Source: Heteronotia binoei (Eukaryota). Taken from it: a stretch of DNA of 64,000 bases. Numbering within the stretch: the stretch's first letter is position 1; every line of letters starts with the position of its first letter. The stretch is taken from positions 1,426,001 to 1,490,000 of the forward strand of contig NC_083237.1 of NCBI RefSeq assembly GCF_032191835.1, written 5' to 3'. Shown in pieces: positions 25,661 to 36,644 of this stretch. The position numbers and the translations under genes were made by a program. The notes under the pieces were generated by a model, which saw only the letters and a list, made by a program, of their open reading frames with translations, had not been told where the DNA came from and searched no databases.

Positions 25661-26183
25661 TGCATACCAATCTTATCCTTGAAAAAAAAATTCTAGCCCT
25701 CTTTTTGTCTTTTGTGTGTTTCTGCGAATGTTTGCTGGAATGCATGGCCGCCGTGGTCATTCTCTGACAGCCAGTGTGGTATCATGGTTAGAGTCAGAGG
25801 CCCAGATTCAAATGCCCACTCTCCCATGAAAGCTCACTGGGTGCCTCTGGACAGTCACATCCTCTCAGCCCAGCCTCCCTCATGGAGCTGTCGTAAGGAT
25901 AAAACGGAAGAGAGAAGAATGAAATCCAGGGGTGGCCAATGGTAGCTCTCCAGATGTTTTTGCCTGCAACTCCCTTCAGCCCCAGCTATTGGCCATGCTG
26001 GCTGGGGCTGATGGGAGTTGTAGGCAAAAAACATCTGGAGAACTACCGTTGGCCACCCCTGAAATATACTGCTTTGGGCCTCCACTGGGGGGAAAGGCCT
26101 CCCAGGAGCCCACTTGTGGGGAGGGAGGGCTAGAAATAGAAGATATAAATAAATAAAAAATAAATTAAGTAAATAAATTAATA

Positions 26184-26722
26184 ACATAAGAGAATCCATG
26201 TTGGGTCAGGCCAGTGGCCCATCCAATCCAACACTCTGTCACATAAGAACATAAGAGAAGCCCTGTTGGATCAGGCCAGTGGCCCATCCAGTCCAACACT
26301 CTGTGTCACCTAAGAACATAAGAGAAGTCATGTTGGATCAGGCCAATGGCCCATCCAGTCCAACACTCTGTCACATAAGAACAGAAGAGAAGCCATGTTG
26401 GGTCAGGCCAGTGGCCTATCCAATCCAACACTCTGTGTCACATAAGAACAGAAGAGAAGCCATGTTGGATCAGGCCAATGGCCCATCCAGTCCAACACTC
26501 TGTCACATAAGAACAGAAGAGAAGCCATGTTGGATCAGGCCAATGGCCCATCCAGTCCAACACTCTGGGTCACATAAGAACAGAAGAGAAGCCATGTTGG
26601 ATCAGGGCAATGGCCCATCCAATCCAACACTCTGTCACATAAGAACAGAAGAGAAGCCATGTTGGGTCAGGCCAGTGGCCCATCCAGTCCAACACTCTGT
26701 CACATAAGAACAGAAGAGAAGC
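26184..26722 (-). repeat. Minisatellite of ~8 copies of a 65/67-bp unit derived from the CR1 3' terminus
   Basis: Unit acataagaacagaagagaagccatgttggatcaggccaatggcccatccagtccaacactct(gt)gtc repeated head-to-tail with no spacers. Confidence 0.95.
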
Positions 26723-27689
26723 AGCTAAAAATCCAGGCGCCATCAGTGGGGAGAGAAGCCTTAAACTGTGTTAGGGCCCTGCACACAGAGCCACGCAGGA
26801 CTGACTGCCAGTTCTGCCTTGGTCACTTGGCTAAGTTTACTCCAGACTAGTAGAAGACCACCAGCACTGACCCATAGGAGATGCCCAAAGTTCAAGGACC
26901 TCGGATAGGGGAGGATGGCAGCAGATTTCCTGCATTCATGCCTGTGTGTGCGGGAATCCCTAGCAACCTCACAGTGCAGTACCTGCTGCTTTGCTCATTA
27001 AAGATTGTAAGGGGGAGCTTATAAATTGCAGTTAAACACTGTGTGCAAAAGACAAAGCAGAGCAAGGTGTGATAGCTGGGGGGGGGGGGCAGTTCTGGAG
27101 AGGTGAGTTTAGGAGGTCTGTCTGTTCTCATCCATGAAATAACACTTGTTGAAAAGTGTGTTCAGTATTCAGAGGGCTTCAGGAGCATTACCTCCTTTGG
27201 CAACACCATAGTTTGCCAGGATGTTGGTCTCCACGTTGCTAATGGAGGCTTGAAGAGTGCAGCTGAGTGAGTTTGTGGGGGAGGCAAGACTTGAAACATG
27301 GGCAGCTGCAGTTTTCTCTCCGGGCCTCTCCACAATACCAGCTTATCCCATGAAAGGTCTTCCAGGCCCAGATTCCCACCTGATATATAAGGACACTGCC
27401 CTGCCTCATTTCTGAGGATTACAAGATAAAGTCCATGAAACCTTTTGAAACACTTTGAAATATGCTAAATATCGCTACTGTGAAGGGCCATGTTATTACC
27501 TGCAAGGGCTTCTCAAGGGACGCTATGGTATCCTTTGCTGGAAGGTCCACACCCTTCCTATTAGTGTTTGGACTCTGCACATGCTCAGAGCCATTTGAAA
27601 AGTAGTTAGTCGCTTGTAAGACAGATAGCAGAGTAATTTTGTCTAGTGAGTCCGCCGCTTTTGGGAACAAGGCCGAGATGTTCTCTAAA

Positions 27690-27865
27690 TCCCATGTACT
27701 TTAAGACTATGTAGTTTTATTCCGCCCCCCTCCCCTTCAAGGCTTTGTTTACACATATAATACGCATGCGTGCTTGAGCTCTTCTAGTCTTGCTAAAATT
27801 CTGCAGCGCAGGCGCAAAGTTCAGCCATTGCGCACTTTAAAACTACGAATCCCAGTGGCCTTTGC
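27690..27865. promoter_or_regulatory. ZNF143/NRF1-type promoter module
   Basis: AACTACGAATCCCAG (ZNF143 SBS-like) at 27841-27855, opposite-strand AAACTACA ~27709-27716, ACGCATGCGT ~27761, GC box ~27722. Confidence 0.5.
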
Positions 27866-28229
27866 ACAAGCCAGTTGCGAGAGAGATTTGGCATCACGTG
27901 ATCGCTGACAACTGTGTATATTGAAAGGCTTTTTAAAATTAAATGTGTTTATTTTCATATATACCAAAGCGGGGATGCAGCGGTTTCCTATAATCTCTCC
28001 CGCCAGTCTGTACACGTTAATAAACGGTCTCTATAACCCTTTCAAACACTCAACGGTTTTTCCTCTCTCTGGAGTTCTTTGAGGAGTCTAAATCAATGCC
28101 TGGAAAAAAGCAGAAAATGTCTTTTCGAAACATATTTTTCCCCACGGCTTTCAGCTTCTGGCCTATTACGAAAACTTCTTATTAATAGATTTGGGTAGGC
28201 AAATAGTGCCCGTTTCGTGTGTTTTGTGT

Positions 28230-28700
28230 TATTTCGACGTCCGAACTACACTGCTGCAGGCGCTTGACAGACTACCCTGAGAAGACGAGGTCCCTCACCC
28301 GCCCATTTGAGAAAATTAGTGAGATTGGATTGGCTGCCGTCGCTCTAAATATGTTCATCTATTGGCTAAAATGGAAAGGAGGAGGCGGGAGGAGGAGAGG
28401 GGGAGGTGGCTTCTAGAGCTCTCTGTAGAAAAGACCGTGATTGGTTTTCATTCCACGCGGGTGGCCATAACTCTGAAATCGGATTGGCTCCTTCTGAGGG
28501 GTGGAGGCGCGTCTTTTTCAGGTCCCGCCCACCGCGTATATAAGTCCCAGTCGAGGGGGAAGCGTGCCATCGCGGGAAGGCAGGAGGCGCGAAGCGTTGT
28601 TGATCTGGCAGTAGCTGGACTCGCGCATGCGCTAGGGGCGGAGGCGCTGTCGACGGTTTAGAGAAGCGTTTCTGCGCATGGGCGTCGGAACCTGAGGGAG
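28230..28700. promoter_or_regulatory. Bidirectional ZCWPW1/MEPCE promoter (CpG island)
   Basis: Multiple ATTGG (inverted CCAAT) boxes at ~28324-28488, GC box CCCGCCC ~28524, TATATAA 28537-28543, NRF1-type GCGCATGCGC ~28623, and a minus-strand donor (GG|gtgagg) at ~28298. Confidence 0.8.
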
Positions 28701-28852
28701 AGGCGAGTTCTGCGGCTGCGCGCCGGGAAGTGCCGAGCCTGCGCAGAGCGAAGGAGCCCGACGGCGCAGGCGTGAGAAGGGGCCGGGAAGGGGTGGAGGG
28801 AGGCGGGAGCTCGGGTGTGAGGCGAGCGGCGGAGCCCCCGGGCGCGCGAGGC

Positions 28853-31800
28853 ATGCTGGAGATGGCCACCGACAAGGAGACCTTCCTCGTCCCGGCCCCG
28901 CCGCCGCCCCTCAAGCCCCCGCCCAGAGGAGGAGGAGGCGGGGCCAGCGCAGAGGAGGTCCTGCCGGTCAGGCTCCGTCTGGGGGACGCGCCGTCGGAAG
29001 GAGGCGGCGGCGGGGAGGGCCCCGGCGCGCAGCAGCACCAGGCGGCCGCCCCGGAGCAGTGCAGCGGAGCCCCGCCGGAGGAGGCGGAGGACAGCGTGGC
29101 CGAGCTCCAGCGGCCCCGCAACGGCTTCCAGCCCCACCAGAAGCCCCCCGGCGGCGGCAAGAGGCGCAACAGCTGCAACGTAGGCGGCTTCAAGCACCCG
29201 GCCTTCAAGCGCCGCCGCCGCATCAACTCCGAGTGCGACCCGGTCCTCCCCTCCGAGTTCCTGCTGGGGGGCAACATCTTCGACCCCCTCAACCTCAACA
29301 GCCTCCTGGACGAGGAGGTCAACCAGGCCCTCAACGCCGAGACCCCCAAGTCGTCGCCCCTGCCGGCCAAGGGCCGCGACCCCGTGGAGATCCTCATCCC
29401 CAAGGACATCACCGACCCCTTGAGCCTCAACAACGCCCAAGAGGACCCCCAGGTGCTGGCCTCCCCCGCCAAAGCTGGGCGCAAGCGGCACCGCCACCGC
29501 GGGGCACAGCGGGCCGCCAGCAACGCCGAGGCGGGCAAGGCGGCCCCCTCCTGCAAGTCGTGCCAGAAGGCGTGCAACGGGGCCACCCCGCAGCCTTACG
29601 AACTGAACACAGCCATCAACTGCCGGGACGAGGTGGTGTCCCCCTTGCTGCCGGGGAGCGGGGAGGGGCAGCGGGGCCAGGTGGCCTCTGGCGGCATCAC
29701 CCCCTCTTGTGCTTCCGTGGCCTCTTCCACGGGTGGCAGCGGCAGCCGCCACCATCACCACCACCGCAAGAGGCGCAGGACTTGTAGCAAGTCGGAGGGG
29801 GCCGCAGGAGCGAGGCACCCGGGGGCGTCGAGCGAAGCACCTTACCGAAGCAGTCCAGACAGGGGACGGAGCGCGCCCAGGTGCCGGCACCAGCCGCCCC
29901 CTTCTGCTCAGCAGCCTCGGCGGCAGGCACAGCACAAGTTCCAGTACGGCAACTATTGCAAGTACTACGGTTACCGCAACCCGGACTGCGAGGACTCCCG
30001 GCTGCGGGTGATGAGGCCGGAATGGTTCCAGGGGAAAGAGGTGCTGGACGTGGGTTGCAACGTGGGGCACCTCACTTTGAGCGTGGCCAAGAAGTGGGCT
30101 CCCCGCAGGATGGTGGGCGTGGACATTGATGGGGCCCTCATCCACTCAGCGCGCCAGAACATCCGGCACTACCTTTCGGAGGAGATCCAGGTGCAGCAGC
30201 AGGCTGGTGGTGCCAAGGGCGAGGGCACTGGCCTGGCCAAGAAGACCTTCCCTGCGTCCCTCATGGCCAGCCGAGGCCCCATTGCTGCCCCCAGGGTGCC
30301 TCAGGAGGGGGCGGATGCCGCCATCTTTCCCAACAATGTAATCTTCGTCAAGGTAAGGAAGAAAGAGAAGAAGGCCTGCTTCTTGATCACCATCTTCAAG
30401 TCCTTGAAGGGCTGTCCTAGAGAGGATGGGGTGGGATTGTTTTCTGGGCCCCAGAAGGTAGGACCAGAACCAATGGGTTGATATTAAATCAAAAGAGTTT
30501 CTGGCTCAACATTAGGAAGGACTTCCTGAAAGTTAGAGCAATTCCTCAATGGAACAGGCTTCCTCCTTGGGAGGTGGTGGGCTCTCCTTCCTTGGAGGTT
30601 TTTAAACAGAGGCTAGATGGCCATCTGACAGCAATGAAGATCCTGTGAATTTAGGGGGAGGTGTCTGAGTTTCTTGCATTGTGCATGGGGTTGGACTAGA
30701 TGGCCCTGGAGGTCCCTTCCAGCTCTGTGATTCTATGAGGGAGAACTTCCTGATCGTTAGAGCGGTTCCTCAGTGGAACAGGCTTCCTCCTTGGGAGATG
30801 GTGGGCTCTCCTTCCTTGGAGGTTTTTAAACAGAGGCTAGATGGCCATCTGACAGCAATGAAGATCCTGTGAATTTAGGGGGAGGTGTTTGTGAGTTTCC
30901 TGCATGGTGCAGGGGGTTGGACTAGATGGCCCTGGAGGTCCCTTCCAACTCTAGGATTCTATGATACAGTGGGTCGAAATTAAATCAGAAGAGCTTATGG
31001 CTCAACATTAGGAAGAACTTCCTGACTGTTAGAGCGGTTTCTCTGTGGAACAGGCTTCCTCCTCGTGAGGTGGTGGGCTCTCCTTCTTTGGAGGTTTTTA
31101 AACAGAGGCTAGATGGCCATCTGACAGCAATGCTGATCCTGTGAATTTAGGGGGAGGTGTTTGTGAGTTTCCTGCATTGTGCAGGGGGTTGGACTAGATG
31201 ACCCTAGAGGTCCCTTCCAGCTCTGATTCTGCAGCAGCGTTGCCTTCTTCAGAGGGGTCAAAATCCACTGGGCTTGTTGCTGTGAACACTGATTTAGCAG
31301 GGTAGGACGGAGTTGCAGCAGGAGTCTTTCTTATGCCTTATAGCCTATTTCCTACTGGTTGTGAATTTGTGCCACTGAGGGAGGTTAGGCCTCCTTTCCC
31401 ATTCCACTTTTAGGCCCATGGTCTCTTCGGAATAAGCCTGGATTTCTCAGTGTTCTTGCTCAGGATCTGTGACAGTCACCTTCAAGTGTGCTCGAGATGG
31501 AGGGGGCCTCAGCAGCTGCTTTATCTCCAGGCCCTTGGGGGGTGGGGGACTCAGAGTGGATGAGTTAACACCTTCCTGTGTCTTGCCAAGGTTGTCTTCT
31601 AGCAAATGGCCCACCAGGATCCTTTCTGATTGGCGAGATTCCAGTCCACTGGCGACCAATGAGGTTTTCTGGGTACCAGCTTTTGAGAGTCAAAAGTCCC
31701 TCTCTGGCAAAGAGAGCTTTGGCTCTCCACAGTTCCTGCCCCCCCCCCCCCATTAGTTTCCTCCAAGATGCTGCTGTTGGCCTGGAGGTCGGCTGATTGG

Positions 31801-34800
31801 GTCCCCTGGACTGCACTGATGGCCCATCCCAGGGGAGCGGCTGCCTGATTTCCTGGGATAGGCTGGGACCGGGAGGGGGGCGGGGTTTGGCAGCTCATCT
31901 GAGCAGATGGGTCCCAGGCAGTCTTGCAGGAAGCAGAAACATTTTCAGGGAGGGGCCAGCATTTTCTGACTCTGGCTGTGAGGATGGAGGCGCTTGTACC
32001 AAGATGGCTGCCGTTTGGGGCCAAGGCAGACGAGACCCTGCAGGGCTGTGGCCTGGGGAAGCCGGTCCTCTTCCAGCCCCCTTCTGCTTTCCAGTGGCAC
32101 ACCTGCCCTACTGACCCATGGAGGCTGGGCCCCTCCCGGCTTAGCAGCCCTTTGCTTGCTGAGGGCGGGCAGGAGGCATGGAGGATTGAGGAATAAGCTG
32201 TGGTCATCTGAGCCTCTGTGTGGTATTGCAGTGTGTGTGTGGGGGGGTGGTTCTTGCACAGTCAGCCAGGTGCAGGGGGGGAGGGGGGGCTTCCAAGTCC
32301 GGACAGCTCAGGACAGGCCTGGCTGCCAGCATCCCATCTGCCTCCCCCACCTCCCTTTAAAACGGCCTTGGAGAGTGAGCATGGCTGTGGGGGGGAGAAG
32401 CCTGCGCAGTTGACCTATTGCTCTTTGGCTAGGGGGGCAGGGAGGGGAGAAAGTGGGAGAGGGGAGTGTTCCTGGAGCTGGATTAAAGCCGGAAGGGTGG
32501 AGGAGAGGTGTGGGAGAGGTGGGCAGTGGCCTTTGGGCTGGCTATGTGGGGGAGTGTGGTGCAGGGCAGGGCAGATGTCTCAGGCAGCAGAGGAGCCCAG
32601 GTTGTGGCACAGAGGGAGGGGCTGTTCTTTGCCTCTGCGCTTGGCAACTCCTGGCAGAGGCTCTGAGCGCAAGAGCAGGGTGAGCACCTCCAGGCAGAAG
32701 CCTTCCCCGCCCCCACAGCCACCATCTTGACTTAAGAGAGTGGACTCAGAAAGAGCCCCTGCGTGCACTGCTCCTCCTCGTGCATGGAAAAGGGGAACCA
32801 AAGTGAGCTTTTGCCCTTTGCAGAACACTGTGGCTTCCTATGCGCCAGACGCAGCTCTGGGCCTGCGGCAGTGTGGGCAGCTGCCACCAAGGTGTGCCGT
32901 CTCCCTCCTTCCTTTTCCAGGGGGGACCAAGAGCAGCAGCTGCCAGGGCGTTTCCTGGCTCTGCCCCCTTCTCTGCCTGGGACAGGTGGACTCTCGGGGC
33001 ACTGCGGGGCTCAGACCTACCCAGGAGGAGGATGAGAAGGGCCGAGCTGGTGATGAAGCCTGGAGGGGAAGTTTCAGCTGTGCTGGCCTCCTCCCCCCAC
33101 CCCCACCCTCTCGGCCTTGGGTGCCGGAATCTTCCCAGCTGCTCTGCTTTCTTCTGGGGCGAGGGGGTCAGCCTGGCCTTGGGTGCAGTTGCCGAGTCTG
33201 CTTCCGGCTTGCTCGGGATGCTGAAGCGGAGTCTTGAGAAAGGGAAGGGAGAGGAGGAAGCCCTCGCAGGTGCCTGGGGACCCTTCCCGCCCCTCCTGGC
33301 CAACACGGCCTGCTTCTCTCCGCAGGGCAACTACGTCCTGGAGCGCGACGAACTGCTGGAGGCCCAGAAGCCGGAGTACGACGTGATCCTCTGCCTCAGC
33401 CTCACCAAGTGGGTGCACCTCAACTGGGGGGACGAGGGGCTCAAGCGCCTCTTCAAGCGCCTCTACCGCCACCTGCGGCCTGGTGGCCTCCTGCTGCTGG
33501 AGCCCCAAGCGTGGGCTTCCTACGGCAAGAGGAAGAACCTGACGGTGAGTGGCGGGCGGCTGCTCTCATCCCCCCGGGATCCTGAGCCTGCGAAGAAGAG
33601 CCGCCTTTGAGGCGGAGCCAGCTTCTTGGGGGGTGGGGCGCAGAGCTCTCGGTGCTGTTTCTGGCTGGTCCCAGGAGTGTGGTGCGAAGCAGGCTCTGAC
33701 TCTCTCGTCCGCCCTTGTTTTAGCTCACTGGTGAGAGTGTCCAACTAGGGTGGTGGGAGTCTTCGACCTTGCCCTCTAGGCGAAGGTCAGAGTTGCAGCC
33801 CACCAGACGTCTTATTCCTTCCCCTCCTCCTCCCCCCAGGAAACCACCTGCAGGCACTTCCACCGCATCAAGCTGAAGCCTGACCAGTTCCCCTCATACC
33901 TGACTTCACCTGAAGTAGGTTTTTCCAGCTACGAATTGGTGGCCACGCCCAGGCACACCTCCAAAGGTGAGTGGGGCCGGACAGGTTTCCTGCCTCTGTT
34001 TGCAGACTGTGGATGGGCAGGGTTGGAGTGATAAAGGTCGACCCACCAATAATTCGTAGCCAGGCTGTGCGTGTGCCGAGGGCCACTGAGTTGCAGCCGA
34101 CCATGGTGGGTTTTCAAGGCAGGAGATGCTCAGAGGTGGCTTGGCGTGGCCTGCCGCTGCATAGAAGCCCTGGCCCTTTGTCGACGGTCTCCCATCCACG
34201 CTCTGACCACGGCCAGCCCTATAGAGCTTCTGAGATCTGACTCAATGGGGTTGCCTGGGTCAGCTGGAACGCTGTGATGGTCTGGCTGGATGAGGATGAG
34301 GTGAACTAGAACCCAGAGAAAGGAGCAAAGTTGGGACTGGGTAAAATGGGGACCAGTAAGCATGCCTCCCCAGCCAGGGAAGGCCCTCAGCTGTGACTGG
34401 GAGAGAAGCAGCCCCTGGATCAAAGAGGAGGGGACAGAGGGCCACTCTATTCTGGAGTCAGAAGCCTAAACCCACCTGGGGTCCTCAGAGCCCTGGCCAG
34501 GCTGTTCGAAGGAACCCTTTTATATCCCTGTGCTCCGAAGAGGTGTTTTGTCTGTCTTGTTCTTAGAACCCGTTTTTGTACGATTGCAGGAGAGAAATGC
34601 TGCTTTTATGGGTAGTTTGCAGCATGTTCTTATGGGTAGTTAGGATCAGACATGCTGCGTGGAAGGCAGGGGACGCTCCTCTCCCGAGATGGAAGCCTCT
34701 GGTTGGTGCGAGGCTCCTGTGTTGATCTTCTGAAGCGTCAGTCCCTTGGCCCATGGAGTGCAGAACTCCTTCCCCCGCCTAGTGCTGGAGCAGAGCCTTC

Positions 34801-34885
34801 TGACGGACTGCTTGTCTGGGTTCTCCCCACAGGATTCCAGCGGCCCATCTATCTCTTCCACAAGGCTCCCCCGAGAGCACCCTGA
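28853..34885 (+). CDS. MEPCE: 7SK snRNA methylphosphate capping enzyme (Bin3 family methyltransferase), 632 aa
   Basis: Exons 28853-30352 ([21 protein letters not shown]...[15 protein letters not shown]...[13 protein letters not shown]...FPNNVIFVK|gtaagg), 33326-33544 (GNYVL...[24 protein letters not shown]), 33840-33966 and 34833-34885 ([11 protein letters not shown]). Total 1899 nt, all GT-AG with matching phases. Confidence 0.98.
30460..31232 (+). mobile_element. Three tandem CR1 3' ends in MEPCE intron 1
   Basis: A unit of about 220-280 bp (aacttcctga..ttagagc...ctagatggccatctgacagcaatg...cccttcca(a/g)ctct) occurs three times. Confidence 0.9.
34100..34263 (-). mobile_element. 5S rRNA-derived SINE-like element (SINE3-type)
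   Basis: Reverse complement of 34186-34263 (gtcagatctcagaagct...tggtcagagcgtggatgggagacc) aligns to the 5S internal control region. A similar, more degenerate copy lies at ~61675-61830. Confidence 0.65.
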
Positions 34886-35678
34886 GGAACCGGCGCCTGG
34901 GCTCGAGAGCCAGTTTGCGGCTGGACTCCCGCTCACCTTTCTGGGCCACCAGAGACATTGCTCGGACAAGGCTGGACGGAGAGCGCAGGTTGGCCGCCTG
35001 CGCCCCTGGAGTCAGTTGGAGCTGCCTGACCCGTGGGGCTCCAGTCGGGTTGCCTGCGACTGGCAGGGAGCACAGAACAGAGCGAGCGGAGATTGCCTGG
35101 AGCTGCACCGAGATCCTTACGTGTGCGAGGAGGGGAGAGGGGAGCGGGCAGGTGATGTGCCTCGGGGTGGGGTGGGGGGGCTGGCTGGCTTCCTCCCAGC
35201 GGGCGATCCTGAGCTCATCACCCAAAATGGAACAAATGACACACAAGCCATTGTGCTCTTTGTCTGTTTAGGAGCAAAGTTGACACCCCCAGGAGCTGTG
35301 GAATTCCCTGTGGTGGAGGGGGGGGGGGGCAAAAAGGGGAGCAACTCCTCAGCAGTGGGGGGGGGGGGGAGCTACTTTCCCTGGCAGGGCAGGACAGCAG
35401 AGGAGCCCAGGTTGTGGCACAGAGGGAGGGGCTGTGCTGTTCTTTGCCTGTGAGACTGAAGCTTCTCCCCCCCTTCCTGAGCAGGGCAACTGTGCCCCAC
35501 GAGTAGGGGGGAGGCTATCTCCCGTGCCCTGCCCCTCCACCTGGAACAAAGGAGCTCTGCGGCCAGCCAGGCCATCCACCCCCCCCCCCCCCCCGCCTTG
35601 CCCTTTCCCCTCGGAGGCCAGGGGGACTTGGGCTCACCCAGGACTTTCATCTTTACACAGGTGTTGATTCTATATATA

Positions 35679-35684
35679 AATAAA
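35679..35684 (+). terminator. Probable MEPCE polyadenylation signal AATAAA
   Basis: AATAAA about 800 nt after the stop, followed by a GT-rich tract (gtgtttgtgttg) about 16 nt downstream. Confidence 0.7.
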
Positions 35685-36644
35685 GCCTACCGATTACCAA
35701 GTGTTTGTGTTGCGGTGTGAATATGCAAACCCGCCTGCCAAATAGGACTTTTTGGTCCAGCAAGGCCACTCTTGTCTGCTTGGACCTCTAGAGCGAGCCA
35801 GCTTGGTGTAGTGGTTCAGTGTGCGGACTCTTATCTGGGAGAACCAGGTTCGATTCCTCACTCCCCCCCCCCCCACTTGCAGCTGCTGGAATGGCCTTGG
35901 GTCAGCCATAGGTCTGGCAGAGGTTGCCCTTGAAAGGGCAGCTGTTGTGAGAGCCCTCTCAGCCCCACCCACCTCACAAGGTGCCTATTGTGGGGGGGGG
36001 GGGGGAAGGGAAAGGAGATTATGAGCTGCTCGAAGACTCCGAAGTGGAGGGCGGAATATAAATCCCATGTCGTCTCGAGTCTCACGCAGGGACCTGTCTT
36101 GTCACATCACCTTCTGCCCCGTCCTTTTTAACTGAAGATGCTGCCAGGGGCTGAAGCACCTTCTGCGTGCCAAGCAGAGGCTCCACCCTGTGCCCCTCCC
36201 TAAAGAACACACCCCTGAAAACACGCCTTCTCCCAAGCCAGGCCACTGTTCCACTGTCAGTCTCCTCCGCTCCAGACTGGCAGCAGGCCCCCCTCCAGGG
36301 TCTCCGTCGCCCACCGCCTGGCCCTTTCAAGAGGCTGGGCACTGACCCTGAGCCTCGGCCCCCTTCCTTACAGGGGCAGATAGTCTGGTGAAAGAAAGAG
36401 ATGCCGCTGCCTTCAGATTCCGGGTTCTGCTCCCCCACAGCCCTGCCGGAAAGAGGCACAAGCTCAAAAGGATTGCTGGTTGTGGTGTTTATGTATCAAA
36501 ATGGGGTTTGCAGAGAGGGTGGCGGAGTCCCCTGCGAATCAGCCACCCTCTTGCTGTGCTATGTACAAGGCCGTCTCTGGGTCCCCCAGCCAGGAAAGGA
36601 AGGAGCTGCCACAGAGGCCAGGCTCCTCCTGCCTCCCCCCCCCC

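Noticed and set aside
26184-26722. CRISPR-like palindromic repeat array (also 47651-48035)
   Set aside because: No unique spacers and no cas genes. The DNA is eukaryotic and the unit equals the CR1 3' terminus.
28366-30145. Long antisense ORFs (406 aa and 495 aa) and the alternate-frame 242-aa ORF over MEPCE exon 1
   Set aside because: Shadow frames produced by GC3-rich codon usage; low complexity and no recognisable domain.
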